64,000 nucleotides of DNA from Mantamonas sphyraenae STR306 (lineage: Eukaryota; Protista; CRuMs), in contig JAPMXV010000055.1 in NCBI GenBank assembly GCA_026936335.1, forward strand, positions 124,001-188,000, written 5' to 3'. Below are positions 50,338 through 63,000 of this stretch, one piece after another. The notes below the pieces were generated by a model, which ran no database searches, was not told the origin of the DNA, and saw only the letters and a program-made list of their open reading frames with translations. The stretch's first letter is position 1. Every line of letters starts with the position of its first letter. The translations under genes were made by a program, and so were the position numbers.

Positions 50338-52650
50338 TCATTCCCTCGTCTCCACCCTCTCCATCGCCGCTCCCAAATGCAAAAGGTACGCAGGGTGCAG
50401 GTGCGTCCCGTCCAGCTCAAACTCCTTGTGCAACTGCCCTTCCTCGTCCAGCAGCGCATCGAAAAAGTCCAGCCAGCGCAGCGTCGGATGCGCAGCAATC
50501 CGCTTGTGCAGCAGCCCGTTAAACACGCGCACCACCGCACGCGTCTCTTTCAACACAGGCACAATGGGGTGCACAAACACCCGCGCCTGCTTTGTCTTTT
50601 CCAGCTCCTCCATCTTGCGCACGTAGATGTCAATGGCCACCTCGCTCGCCTCTTCCACACTTTCGTACCTGCACTTCTCCACCGCCACCAGGAAGCCCTC
50701 GCGGCAGTCGATCTCTCCAAACAGAAACACCACGTCCGCCCCGTCTGGGATTGTCTTGCTCACGTACTCGTAGTTGCGTTTCGGGTAAAAGATGCTCTCG
50801 TCGCGCAGGTGCCACGCTTTCAGGCCCGTCACCAGTTTCGGCACCAGCACACGTTTCTCCCCACACACTTCCACCTCTCGCCACGCCGTCGCCAGCGTAT
50901 GCGAGTCGCCACACACATACACCGCTCGCGCTGCGCTTGTCACTCGCTCCAGCGTGTCCACAGGCACCTCCATCGTCTCCAGCAGCTGTGCAATGCAGCA
51001 GTAGTACGCGTGTTCGTTGCGCACGCTCGTCAGGTGCAGCTTCTCTTTGCCCTTTGCCGCCTCTGCCACATTCACCAGCGCTTTCAGCCGGTTCATGTTC
51101 CCGCGCACGTACAACACCTTGATGCACGTAAACACAATCGCCAGCACATCCAGCTCCTCCTCGTTGAATCGTGTCGGATTTCCAATCACCTTGGACCCGC
51201 TGCTGCTGGTGCTGCTGCTGCTATTGCTACTGCTGTTCAGCTCTGCTGCCACGCTGCTGCTGTTTCCTTCCGCGCCATCCTCTTTCCCTTGCCCAACACG
51301 CACGTCTCCCTCTCCGACCTTTTCTTCAAGGTCATCAACCCGTTGCACCTCGTCCACAGCCACGTGCACATTGTCAATGTCCCCCACCAGTGCCAACACC
51401 GTGGCCATGCGCAGGGGGCCGGCCGCCCCGTCCACGTACAACCGCGCCTCGGCTGCCCTCCGTACAAACGCAACCATCGTCTCAAACGCCTCCTGGTACC
51501 GATTGACAATTTCCAACACATGGACGTAGTTGAGCACATACGACGCATTCAGCGGCTCCTCCTCCACGCTGCGAGCGTACAACTGCACACTCTCCTCCAT
51601 CTGCCCGTGCTCCTTGCAGATCAGCCCCAGGTACGCAAACGCAGACGCCAGCGAACCCGAACCGCCCTCCATCTCTGCCAGCAGCATCTGCACACCCTGC
51701 TTGCCATTCACGGCCAGCGCAAGGTCCTTCCGCACTGCTTCGTCCTGCGGCTTCAACAGAAGCGACCGCAGATACACACGCAGAGCATCCTGTGTGGCGC
51801 CTTGCCTCAGGAGCACTCCCGCGTACACTTGGCACGCATCCACGTTGTTCTCGTTCACCTGCATCACCTGTGCTGCTAGCTTGGCCGCCGTCACGTCTTG
51901 GCCTGCCTGCATCAGCAGGCGTGCCATTTCCACCTGTACCCGCTCGCCACCCACCTGTGCCACCAGCTTCTCGTCCTCCGCCACCGCCATGTACGTCGCC
52001 TGCGCCTCCTCCAGCTTCCCCAGCTTCGCATAGCACTCTGCGAGTCGCATGCCCACTTCCGCCTCCTTCTTGCTGCGTTGCCACATCGCCCCAAGCACCG
52101 TTTCCGCCCGTTTGTACTTCCCTGCGTCCATCCAGATCAATCCCATCCGAAAGTTGGCCACGATGTTGTCTGCTTCCGCCTCCACCACCGCCTCGTACGC
52201 TTTCATCGCCTGTCGGAACTGGCCCTTCTCCACGTGTCCCTGAGCCATTGCCAGCAGCGCCTGCACTCCACCGACCCCACTCCTTCCTTCCTTTGTCCTT
52301 GCCTTTTCCTTGCTTGGCTTTGCCTTTGTGTTTGCCCGTGCGTCCTCTGCCTGTTCCTTGGCCTGTGCCCTTGCCTCCCCTTCCACCGCAAACACGTCGC
52401 ATCCTGCCTTGACATACCTCGTCAACGCACGCTCGCTGTCCAATGTTCCCTTTTGGTCCGTCTGCAGCTCCAGCCGCCCGGCATCCACCGTCCGCGTGGC
52501 CCCGTGCTTGCGGTTGTACCGCCGCGCAATCTCTTCCGCCAGTCCGCTTCGGCTCAGCGCCTGCTCCGTGGGCCACTTGATGATGCCCGTCCACTTGGGT
52601 GCGCGGTCTTCCACATGCACGTAAAACTTGATCACCTCCTTCTTCGACAT
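50338..52650 (-). CDS. TPR-repeat protein with C-terminal SGNH-hydrolase-like domain
   Basis: Several TPR-like helical repeats; VCGDSH, FGEIDCREG, LDGTHL. Confidence 0.7.
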   Translation of the reverse strand: MSKKEVIKFYVHVEDRAPKWTGIIKWPTEQALSRSGLAEEIARRYNRKHGATRTVDAGRLELQTDQKGTLDSERALTRYVKAGCDVFAVEGEARAQAKEQAEDARANTKAKPSKEKARTKEGRSGVGGVQALLAMAQGHVEKGQFRQAMKAYEAVVEAEADNIVANFRMGLIWMDAGKYKRAETVLGAMWQRSKKEAEVGMRLAECYAKLGKLEEAQATYMAVAEDEKLVAQVGGERVQVEMARLLMQAGQDVTAAKLAAQVMQVNENNVDACQVYAGVLLRQGATQDALRVYLRSLLLKPQDEAVRKDLALAVNGKQGVQMLLAEMEGGSGSLASAFAYLGLICKEHGQMEESVQLYARSVEEEPLNASYVLNYVHVLEIVNRYQEAFETMVAFVRRAAEARLYVDGAAGPLRMATVLALVGDIDNVHVAVDEVQRVDDLEEKVGEGDVRVGQGKEDGAEGNSSSVAAELNSSSNSSSSTSSSGSKVIGNPTRFNEEELDVLAIVFTCIKVLYVRGNMNRLKALVNVAEAAKGKEKLHLTSVRNEHAYYCCIAQLLETMEVPVDTLERVTSAARAVYVCGDSHTLATAWREVEVCGEKRVLVPKLVTGLKAWHLRDESIFYPKRNYEYVSKTIPDGADVVFLFGEIDCREGFLVAVEKCRYESVEEASEVAIDIYVRKMEELEKTKQARVFVHPIVPVLKETRAVVRVFNGLLHKRIAAHPTLRWLDFFDALLDEEGQLHKEFELDGTHLHPAYLLHLGAAMERVETRE

Positions 52651-52686
52651 GCCACAACACACAACACACAAAGCAATTGCCTGCAT

Positions 52687-55600
52687 TCACCGTCGCCTTC
52701 CACCCGCGCCCCCTCTCCTCTCCTCCAGCAACGGTGGAACATACGCAGAGTTGCCCCTCAGAAACCCATCCCTCGTCGTCACGCTCACAGCCGCGTCCAT
52801 CGCCGCAGACATCCGCCGAAAGTTCAGTTCCGGCACCTTCAGCCGAAACCCTCCCTCCGTCGATGCAATCCGCTTGGCCTTTCTTTCCTCCTCTTCGTCC
52901 TCCTGCTTCTCTTGCTCCCACATAAGCCTGCGTGGCCTTCCCGGCGCTGTGGCTAGTCCCTGACGACTCCTGCTCGTGCTCATACGATTCGGGTTGCTTC
53001 TCCCCTTGCCACTGCTTGCCATCCGCCCACTGCTGTGTCCTCGCTTCCCATGCTTTCGCGACCGTGCACTTTGCGTCTGTTTCTCCTCCACCAATCGCCA
53101 CATCCCGTCCTGTCGCGTCGCTGGCCGCACAATGGGCAGGCTCTTGCCGCTCCCGCGTCGCGCCCCTGCTGGTGCTGTCTTTGGAGGCACACGTTGCATG
53201 CGTCCATGCAACACAAACACATCTGTCGGGTTGCCCACATCGTCCCAATCTCGCACCACCTCCACTCCATCATCCTGCTCCCGTCCCCGCTCCGCATCCT
53301 CGTTCTCCTCTTCCCGCTCTGCAAAGCCCTTTGCCATCACCTGTGGCCTCGGACTCGCATACGATTTGGCAACCGTCCACGCGCCATCCAGGCCTGCCAC
53401 ACCTGCTTCCCACACAAACACCTCATCTTCCTCCTCCTCTTCCTCCTCATCCTCCTCTTCCTGTCTGTCCTCCACCTCTTGCTCTCCCGCCTCCCACCTT
53501 CGCACAGGCTGCCGTGTTATATCCAGAGGAATCACAAGCGACTCACTGCGCGAGTGCGTGCGGAACCGCAGTCCTTCGTGAGGCGTGTCCAGACGATGCA
53601 CCTGGCCAACCAGGCCCTTCTGCCCACGCGGGCTCTCTGAAGCGCCCCACAGTCGATGAGCCTTCCCGCTTCCCTGTTGTGCACTCCCAGATCCTCCTTT
53701 CACCGCCACACCGCTTGCTACAACCTTCCTTTCCTCCTGCGCACGGTCCACTGCAAGCACATCGTGCTCCGGGTCTGGTCGCCCCATGGTACTGCTGGAT
53801 GGCATTGCGTATGGAAACAGCTTTCCACGCTCCACCAGCACAGACGTCATTCCTGCCCGCGGGCTCTTTGTGTCTCCCTCTTGCACTCCTACGCTCATCC
53901 CAGATGGTGACAATCCCACACGAGGGCTGCCCACGACCATTTCCCCCACTGCTTCTCCAGGGCTGCTGAACGCTGCCTTCTTGCTGTGCATCGGACTCAA
54001 GCGAGCACTGCGCAACGGTTTCACCAACCGCCCATGCCTCTTGTGCTGCTGCGTCTGCCTGACCCCGTTCCCACTGCGACCACCCACCGCCGTCAACCAA
54101 TTCATCTCTGGCGGCAGCTCATCTTCACCCACCCCCTCCTCCTCCTCACCTCCTCCTCATCCTCCTCCTCCTCCTCCCGTTTTTCCTCCACACGCACAAC
54201 CACCGCTGGCACCTGTCGCTGAGGCACACGTATGCGCGACACAAGCAACCCATCCCGCTCGCTCTCCGTCATCTCGGCCGCCGCCAGATTCGCGGGGAGC
54301 ACACGCACGTCACTCACTTCTTCCCTGTGCTTCCGCACCTGCCGCACTGGCGCTCGCGGCTTATACGCCGTCTTCACAGGCGACAGTGCCTCAAACGACT
54401 CCATCCCACTGCCCATCTTCCGCTCGTCCTCAAAGTACAACGAATCCATCCCTCCGGACGTGTACGGCTCCTCTTCCTCCTCCTCCACAAAGTGATACAC
54501 CGTGTTTGCGTTCACTCCACGCCTCTTCCTTCCGTCGCCGTCCGCCTCGGCATCCACAATCACCACCACATCCTTCTCGCTCATTTCCTCCGCCTCCTCT
54601 GCCTCCTCTGCCTCCCGCTCCAGCTGGCGCACCATGCCAAACACCACTGCCACATCCTCCGCCACCTCATCCTCATTCTCCTCCTCCCCGTCTTCGTCTT
54701 TGCCCACCGCAGATAGCGACGGAACCATCACACGCTCCACCTTTTTCCCTGCAGTCACACGGTCCATCCACTGCTGCTGCTCCTTCTTCCGCCGCTCCTC
54801 CGCCGCCTTTTCCGCCTCTTCAGCTGCCTTTCGCTTCTCTCGGCTCCTGTGTGCACGCATCTCGTCCACCTTTCGAGTCGTCGCCACCCCCTTCTTCTTG
54901 CTCTCCTTCCTGCTGCCGCTGCGTCCGGGGGATACATCCTCCTCCTCTTTCCCCACACTTTCCTTCTTCTTTGCATCCACAATCGCAACGCTGCTCTTCT
55001 CCCCATCCTCCTCCACTTCCTCCTCGGCCTGCCTCAGCGCTTCATCCATCGGCATTTCCGGTTGCAGGCCCACCATGTGGTTTGTGCGCTTCATGCTCAG
55101 CCCACCGCCTGCCTTGTGTCCTGTCACAGTCTGTACACGTGCAGCACGCGCCCTTTTCCTCCTCCTTTGCCTTCTGCTTCTCCTTCTGCAGAGACTGTTT
55201 GCTCACACGCGCACGCGCAAGCTCCACCTTGCCCATTTTGCGTCCCACAATCACCTCTCCCAACGTGTCCACACTCGGCTCCACCTCCACGGTCTCCTCC
55301 GACTTTGGCTCCTCCGCCTGCCGCATCTTTTCCATCCGCTCTTTTGCCAGCGCCGCACGTTCGCTCATCCCACGACGCAGCGTTTCCATCTGGTCCTCAA
55401 AACTCACGCTTGGTTGCATCGATGGCCCCTCGCTTTCTCTGCTGCTGCTCCCAGACATGATCTCCTCCAGCAACGATCCCGTGCTGTCTCCTCCACCCCA
55501 TTGCCCAGACGCTCGCTGTTGCTGCCTTTCCAGGATCCGTGCTCGCATCTGCTCCAGATCCACGTGTGTTCGCTCCACTTCCACCGGCCCTTCGGTCACC

Positions 55601-57776
55601 TTTTCCTGGAGTTGCGTTTCGTACGTGCTCGCTCGCTCCAGAAACGACGCGTCCCGCGTCAACAGAAACTTGTTGTAGTTTGCCTGCTTCAGACGCTGCT
55701 CCCGTGTCGACTTGCCCACCCGCGCTGCCAACGACTGCAATCCGCCCAGTTTGTTGCGCAGCATCAACTTGTATCGCAGCGCATCCCGTTCACGACGCTG
55801 CAGCCTGCCGCTATCCGCAAGCTCCTCAAACCGAGGCATGTCAAGCAACCGTAGCTCCGGTCCCGGGTCCATGCTTGCCCAGTCGTGCACCTGCATGTCG
55901 TTGGAAAAGTCGCACTGCACCAGCGTCACCGTCGTCAGCCCCTGCAGACTCTTCAGCATAAACGCAGTCTTTTCACCAAACAACACGTTGTGCACCGTCA
56001 GCTCGCGCAGATGCGGCATCACAAGCAAATACTTCAGCCCGCGCATCGTCAACTGGTGCTCGCGCTGGAACCCGCGTCGCAGCCGCATTGCGTGCGAGTG
56101 TGGCACGATCTCAAGCTTCTCCAAAAAGTCAAAGTGGGCAGCAGCGACAGCGCAAGGTCGCCTGCATCCAACGACAGCTCACGCAGCGACGCATGGTGGT
56201 GGTGGTGCAGCCGCTCCAAACTGCGGTCCGTGATCCGGTTGCCCGTAATGTCCAGTTTGCGCAGACGTCCCACGCGTGCAATGTCTCGCATGGCCGAGTC
56301 TCGCAGACGACACTGACTCACACTCAGTTCGTTCAGCGCAGACAGCTTTGCCAGGAAACGAAGACTTCCCCGCCGGCTCAGGTTGTTGTGATCCAGGTTC
56401 AACACACGCAGCCGATCCCACTGTACAAAGGGCAGACTGCGAGCAAGCTCCACGTCCGCCAGCGCCTCTCCGTTCAACATGCAATCGTGCAGATCCAGCT
56501 CGCGCAGCCGGTATAGCTGGCCAAGCACGGGCAACATGCGTGCCTTTACCTTGCACCGCCCCAACTTTAGGCTCTCCAAGTGGCTCAGCGTGCCCAAACA
56601 CTCAAAGTGTTCCATGAGCGAGGTGCCCACCACCATGCTCACGTCCAGTTTGTGCAGCGTGGATGCCAGCCCGCCAAACCGCGTCAACGCCACACTCGTC
56701 ATGCCCGTGTTGCCCACCAGTAGCTCCCGCAGCTTGCTTAGCCTCTGGATGCTGTGCATAGCTTTCGAAGTCACCAGAGCACACCAGCTCAAATCCAGGT
56801 GGGTAAGCGACCCTTGCAGCGGTTCCAACTGCCGCACCGCAGCGTCCGTCACGTTCAAACAGTGCGACAGCGACAAGCTGCTCAGATGCTTCAGACGTCC
56901 AATGTGCGCCATGCTGTCTGCGTCCACGGATTGGATGCGTGTGAACGACACCGTACGCAGGCTCGAACTCAGCTGCGCGTACAACTCTTCCGTCGCCGTA
57001 AACTGCGTCAGCGAAAACGTGTTTAGAAAACGCATGCGCTTCAGTGCACTCGCAAGACCCGACATCGACACGTTGACATTGTCCCCCAGATGCAGTTCAC
57101 GCATGCGTGTCTCGCCACTCAACTGTTCCAACCAGTCGTCGTCCACCTCACTCAGCCCCACAAATGCCACACGCGTCAAGCCACACCGCACCAACTCCTG
57201 TACAAAGGGCGCCGTCAACCGCCCGTTCCGCCTCCGGTACGCATAAATGGCCGCCAGCGTGGGCGACGTTACCTTTTCCGCAAAGCGTCGCTTGGCCAAC
57301 CCGCGGAACGCGTCCATGTGCACCGCCAGTGTCTTGATGCACAAGTGTTTCAGAGATGCCGGCTGGTACATCAGACACCCCGTGTCCAGTTCCTTCGCCG
57401 TCTCCCATGCCGCCTTGGCCGCTGCCACTGTGTCGGCCACCTCTTTGTCCCGAGCTTCATCCCGCTCCACATCTTCGGCGTCTTCCTCTTCTTCTTCTTC
57501 TTCCTCCTCCTCTTCGTCCTCTTCCTTCTCTTCGTCCCCATCCTCGTTGCTTCCGTCCTCTCTGTCTCGTTGTGCTTCCGCTTGCCTTGTATGCACACTG
57601 CTACTTGCTTCCTGCAGTGGCACACGGCCCCCCGAGTGCACAGACCGTTGCTCCTCATCTCTGCGCGGGCCGTCCTCCTCGTCCGATGACCACACATCCT
57701 CCTCCAGCGCTATCATCTCATCGAGGCCATCTGTGGACAATGCAGTGTGCATCGACGACCGCGACGCTGATCGCAT
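52687..57776 (-). CDS. Large LRR protein with BC-box-like motif and long low-complexity tail; three apparent frameshifts
   Basis: PASLKHLC, LTHLDLSWC-type LRRs; ORFs 56049-57776, 55042-56124, 54102-55127 and 52687-54132 join by single indels. Confidence 0.68.
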
Positions 57777-57856
57777 GGCCCCTCACCCGTCTCCGCAAAA
57801 ATGGTTTTGCCGGGCCAACGCTGCCGCCCCCAACTCCCTTTGCAACCCACCGCCGG

Positions 57857-60800
57857 ATGAGCAGCTCGGCGGCGGCAGTGGCTACGCAAGCACAGGGCCT
57901 GACACGCACCAAGTCGTTGGGCACGTCTGCGTCGTCGCTGGAGCTGCCACAGCGCACGTACCGTGTCAAGTCTCTGCAGGAGCTATGTGTCCCTGCAGCA
58001 GCCAAGTTCCTTGTGGAAATGCCTTTCAGCGACGCGCGACGGGTGCAACGCAAGCTGGCCAAGAAGCGCAGTGTGGTCCAGAGCTTGTTTGACCACCTCC
58101 TGGCTCGCAGGAGACTCACCAAGGATTCGCTGCAGCGTTTGCTCTTCTTTGGCGTCGGCCATGTGAATCTGTACGGCTTGCGTTCCGTGGATGACACATG
58201 GGTGCAGCTGCTGGCCTCCAGCACTGGTTTTCACACCCTCAACCTGAGCTGGTGCCTGCTCATCAGCGCCAGCGGTTTGAAACCGTTGGCCAACCAGCAC
58301 GAACTGCGCCACCTGCTCCTCGACGGCATCACTATCGACGACCACACCATCGAAAACCTGCCCACCTCTATTCGTGAGCTCTCCCTACAAAAGATGCAAA
58401 CCCTCACATCGGTCGATCTCAAGTTTGTGCGCCGCTTGCGTCGCCTGGAGGTGGGTTTGCCAACTCTTGCCCATCACTCAACTCCCCCACACGCACACAC
58501 ACACACACAAACGTACACACAAACACACTCACTCACACACACTCACTCACACACATCCACTGTTCACAGACTCTGAACCTGGGAGGGTGCTACAACGTGG
58601 ACAGCGCCGCTGTGGAACACCTACTGAGTCTCAAGCGCACACTGACGAACCTGGACCTGAGCTGGTGTCCACGCATTGGCGACGAGGCAGCAGTGCACCT
58701 TGGGAAATTGAAGCACCTGAAGCGGTTGGACGTGGGCTGCACAGGCATGACAACTCGGGCGTTGGGGCCCATCAGCAGACTGCCCAGTCTGGAGGAGCTG
58801 GACCTGAGCATGGTGGTGGGTGCCGACCACGCCGATTCGTTTGCCGTGTTGTCACACATGACCAGTTTGCGCGCCTTGTCGCTGTCGCAGTGTAACGTGA
58901 CCGACACCATGCTGAAGCACCTGCAACCGTTGGCGCTGCTCGGCTCTCTGGACCTCAGCAGCACCAATGTGAGCGCAGACATGGGCGAGGCAATCGAGTG
59001 GCTGGATCTTCCCCTGCTCACCAGTCTCACTCTGGACACAAACACGGCCCTGGGCCAACCTGGAGCCCTGGATTGGCTTGCCCCATTGCAAGACCTCAAG
59101 GAGCTGAGCCTGTGCAGTTTGGGGCTGGAGAACGCTTGCAGTTCCGTCCTCCAGCACCTTTCCAAGTTGGAATCCCTGCAGATTGTGGGCAATGCGCTCA
59201 CAGGCGATTTCGCACGCGAGCTGCAACTTCCAAACCTCCGCTCGCTTGCCATCGAAATGGACAACGATGGAGTGCACAGTATCTGCATCAATCTGCCCAG
59301 TCTAACCTACCTGGACCTGTCTCCTCCTGCCACACAGCAGCGAGAGCGACAGAAAGACGGAGGCGACTCTTCGTCCAGCAGCAGCGGAACCGGCGGCGCT
59401 TTGCCGTTGAACACACTCACCGAGAACGGCCTGCGCTGTTTGCCCTTTCTGGAAGAGTTGGAGGTGCTTGTGTTGCAACACATGGAGATTGGCCTGGGAA
59501 CAGTCAACGTGGTACGGCACATGCCGAGTCTCAAGCGCCTGCGGCTGATTTCCATCACTCTGAACAACGTCAGTTGGCAGCAGCAACAGCAACAGCAGCA
59601 ACGTGCCCAGCAGCAGCAACAGCGCAAGAAGCGAACCCTGGAAACGTCACTGCGGAACGAACTGGACATGGGACCGCTGTTTGTGCTTTCGAGCATGAGT
59701 GGCCTCGAGGATGTGATTGTGGAGCAGGCCGACGTGGCACGCAAACACAGGTACAAAGTGGTGACGACGGGCTTGGGCGTACAGGCGGCATTCCATTGGC
59801 AGAAGCTGGGAGGTGCACGCAAACAGCGCAACGAGTCTTCTGGAATGGCCGCCCTGGGCAAGGGAAAGGTGCGCATGCGCAGCAGTGGCGTACGCACGCG
59901 AAGCGGCATGGGGGCCGTGGTGCGGCGGGTAGCAAGCAAGCATCGGCAGAAGAACATGCGCAAGTCCCGCAAGAAGCAGCAGGAGAAGGACAACGCGGGA
60001 AGCTCTGAACCGGGAGACCCCGAAGACAACGACAACAATGACAAGGACACAGATGACCAGCAAGACCAAATCGATGTGGACAAACAATATCCCAGCGACA
60101 AGCAAAGTGACAGCAGCAGCAGCAGCGACGACAAGAACACCGCGAGCAAGGCCACAATGGCACGGCGAGCGCGTACAAAGCGGGCCTTGCAGGTGCCACG
60201 ACGCAGGACACAGGGTGGAGATGGCATCCACATGACCCGAAGCAAATCGGACGGAGATGCAGACGAAGTGGAGATCGACATGGAGGAGGAAACTGACGGG
60301 GCAGCCATCGATGCGGATGGCGACCCATCGCAAAGTACAACAACCACGACGTCCCAGCGATCCACATCCACCACAGAACATGATGCAAGCACAGGACGAA
60401 AGGAGAGCCATTCTCCCGGGGATGGTCCACAGGAGCTTCTGGAGCCGGGTGACACAAGCAAGCAGAACGGGAATGGGAAGAAGAAACGCAGCCAGAGTTC
60501 GCTAAGCGACCTGGATTCCAAGCAGCAACAGGGACCCGTGGATGTCAAACAGATGCTGGAAGGTCTGGAAGAGCTGATGCTGCGTGTGGAGTTTGTGGAC
60601 GAGAAGGAGGAAGGCGTGGATGAGAAAGTGAGTGAGGAACAAGCACGCGCGGCGAGGATGCAGCAGGCGGAAGAAGCGAAACGCAACAGCGAGGCAGTGG
60701 CAGAGGAACTGGTTCAGGCACAGGAGGAACTAAGGGCGACGCAGGAGGCCATTCAGAAGCAAATGGAGAGGCTGCGGGGCGAGGACAACAAGGACGAGGC

Positions 60801-62911
60801 ACAAGAGGCACAAGAGGATGAGGCAGACATGGAAACAGCAAAGACACAGACACAAGCACGCGGTGCAACTACAGATGAGGTGAACGCCGAACTGAGCCGA
60901 GTGCGCAGCGCGATGCGGCAGACCGCGATGGAGAAGGAGCAGAAGCGGCAGCGAAAGGGTCGGGTGCGCAGTCAGGGCCATCTCAAAGGCATGGATGGAA
61001 AGAACGAGGACAAAGAGGACGACGGTGCGCTGGGAATGGTGGAAGGAATGACGGGAGGATCACGATCATCATCGGTATTGCCTGCGCACGTGGACAGCAG
61101 CAACACGGCAACACTGAAGCAACTGGCGGCAGGGAGTGGACACACACGTGTTCGACGCAAGGAGAAGCTAGACACAGGACGCTTTGTTCGACAAGGATCA
61201 ATGTCCAAGCTGAACGACGCGCCAGGAAGTCTGTTTACATACGAAACTGCCGGGACTGAGGGCGCTGAAATGGATGAACACACGCACGCATCGTCATTGG
61301 TGGCAGGAGGACGCTACGGCGAAGTGGCCAAAGGTCTGGTGTTGAGTGGCACGGAACACGGCGAAGCAACGACACAAAGTTCGATTTCGGCTCGACCAAA
61401 CACAGACGTGTCCAACCTGGTGTTGGACGGCAGCGGGGGCGGACAAGCAGGAGGCAGAGCCAGGGGCTTTAGCACAAGCAGCATGCGACGCGGCAGTGTT
61501 GGCAGCAACACGTCGTCAAGCAAGGGGATGTCCCGATCATCGTCTCAGCAGCAGCAACAGCAGCAGCAGCAGCAGCCAGCATTCACGCAACCCACTTTTG
61601 GAGAGGCAGAACAAGCAACAGTGGCATCACTGTCGCTTGTGGCACAACCTGTACAGAAGCACGGAGTTCACACAGGAGCAAGGGGTCCACAGTTGCGGTC
61701 ATCCAGGTCGTCCTCATCGCCGTCTCCGCCGCCGCCGCCGTCGTCGTCGTCGCTGATGACACACGTGGACGTGGAACAGGAACTGCAGGAACTGTTGCGT
61801 CGATTCCAGGCGCCGCCAAGCATGCCAGTGGAGGACTTTACCGCATCCAAGAGCTGATGCCCTCTGGCGAGGCCGCTCTGTTTGGCAACCAGCAGCCAAA
61901 CATGTTCAACCTGACACTGGCCAAAGCCAAGCTGAAGGGCAAAGTGAGGCGTGACTCGCACGGACGGGCCATTGTGTGGGATCGCAAGGCCTTGGCAGGC
62001 ACCAAGGGCCGTGTCGGCACCGCGACCGGATCGGGATCGGGATCGGGATCGGGATCCGCAGCAACGGCGACACCTGGCGGTGCTGCCTCGGGTGGCAATG
62101 CCACAGTGCGACAGGAAAGTGTGGCAAGTATGGTTTCGGTGGGACTTCAGTCGCCCCAAACAGATCGTCGCAAAGACCGTGTTGCAGCGCAACGGCTGGC
62201 ATTGCAGTCGAAAGGAGTGGAGATGCACCGAGGAAGCACACCGCCGCGACCCATGCTACTCGGTGAGTACATGGCCAAGTTTGAGGAGATCGATTTCCCA
62301 TGGTGCAGCTGGAGGCCAGCCAAGGTGCGGGCCGTGGGCGACACAGGAAGAAGCGCAAGGGCAAGGGCAAGGGAAAGGGCAAGCGCAGGCGCAAGGGAGG
62401 CCACCAACACATGAAACATGCAGACGAAGGGGAGATGTTGGAGGAGGAGGAGGAGGAAGAGGAGGGGCAGCGCAACACCACCATCAGCACCACATCCCAA
62501 TCCCAATCCCAACGCAGCCCGCGGCAGGCGGTACGTGACCCAGAAGCAATCAGTGCAGCACAGCTGCGATGGAGACACATGGAACATCGTGCTGGTGCGG
62601 CAGTGGCCGATGGAAGTTCGTCGTCGCCGCGACGCCGAGGCAGGCGAAGACACAAAGTGCAAGCCAACTTTCCACTGCCGCTCCTGGAGACAGTGTCGGC
62701 GAGCGAGCGACGTGTGGGCGAACACAGGGCTGCGTTTGCATCGTCCAAACAGGAGCGAGACTACACTCTGGCAGCCACGCGACAGGTGGAGCGACGCGGC
62801 GGACGCACGCTGGATCTCCAGCGTTTGCAGAATGTGTTGCATCAAACCAACGACATGACGGGCAACCGTGCCGAAGAGCGACTCAACGTGCCCCATCTGC
62901 CGTTGTTGTGA
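57857..62911 (+). CDS. Paralogous large LRR protein; intron 58451-58569; two apparent frameshifts (~61848, ~62297)
   Basis: KSLQELC, LTNLDLSWC, GCTGMT, LDLSMVVG; ORFs join by single indels. Confidence 0.7.
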
Positions 62912-63000
62912 GATGGCGATGATGAAGATGGGTGGCAATGATGGAGAGAAACGGCAGGGGTTGCGACGGCGCAGCCATCCCTCCCACAGCAGAAAAAGCA

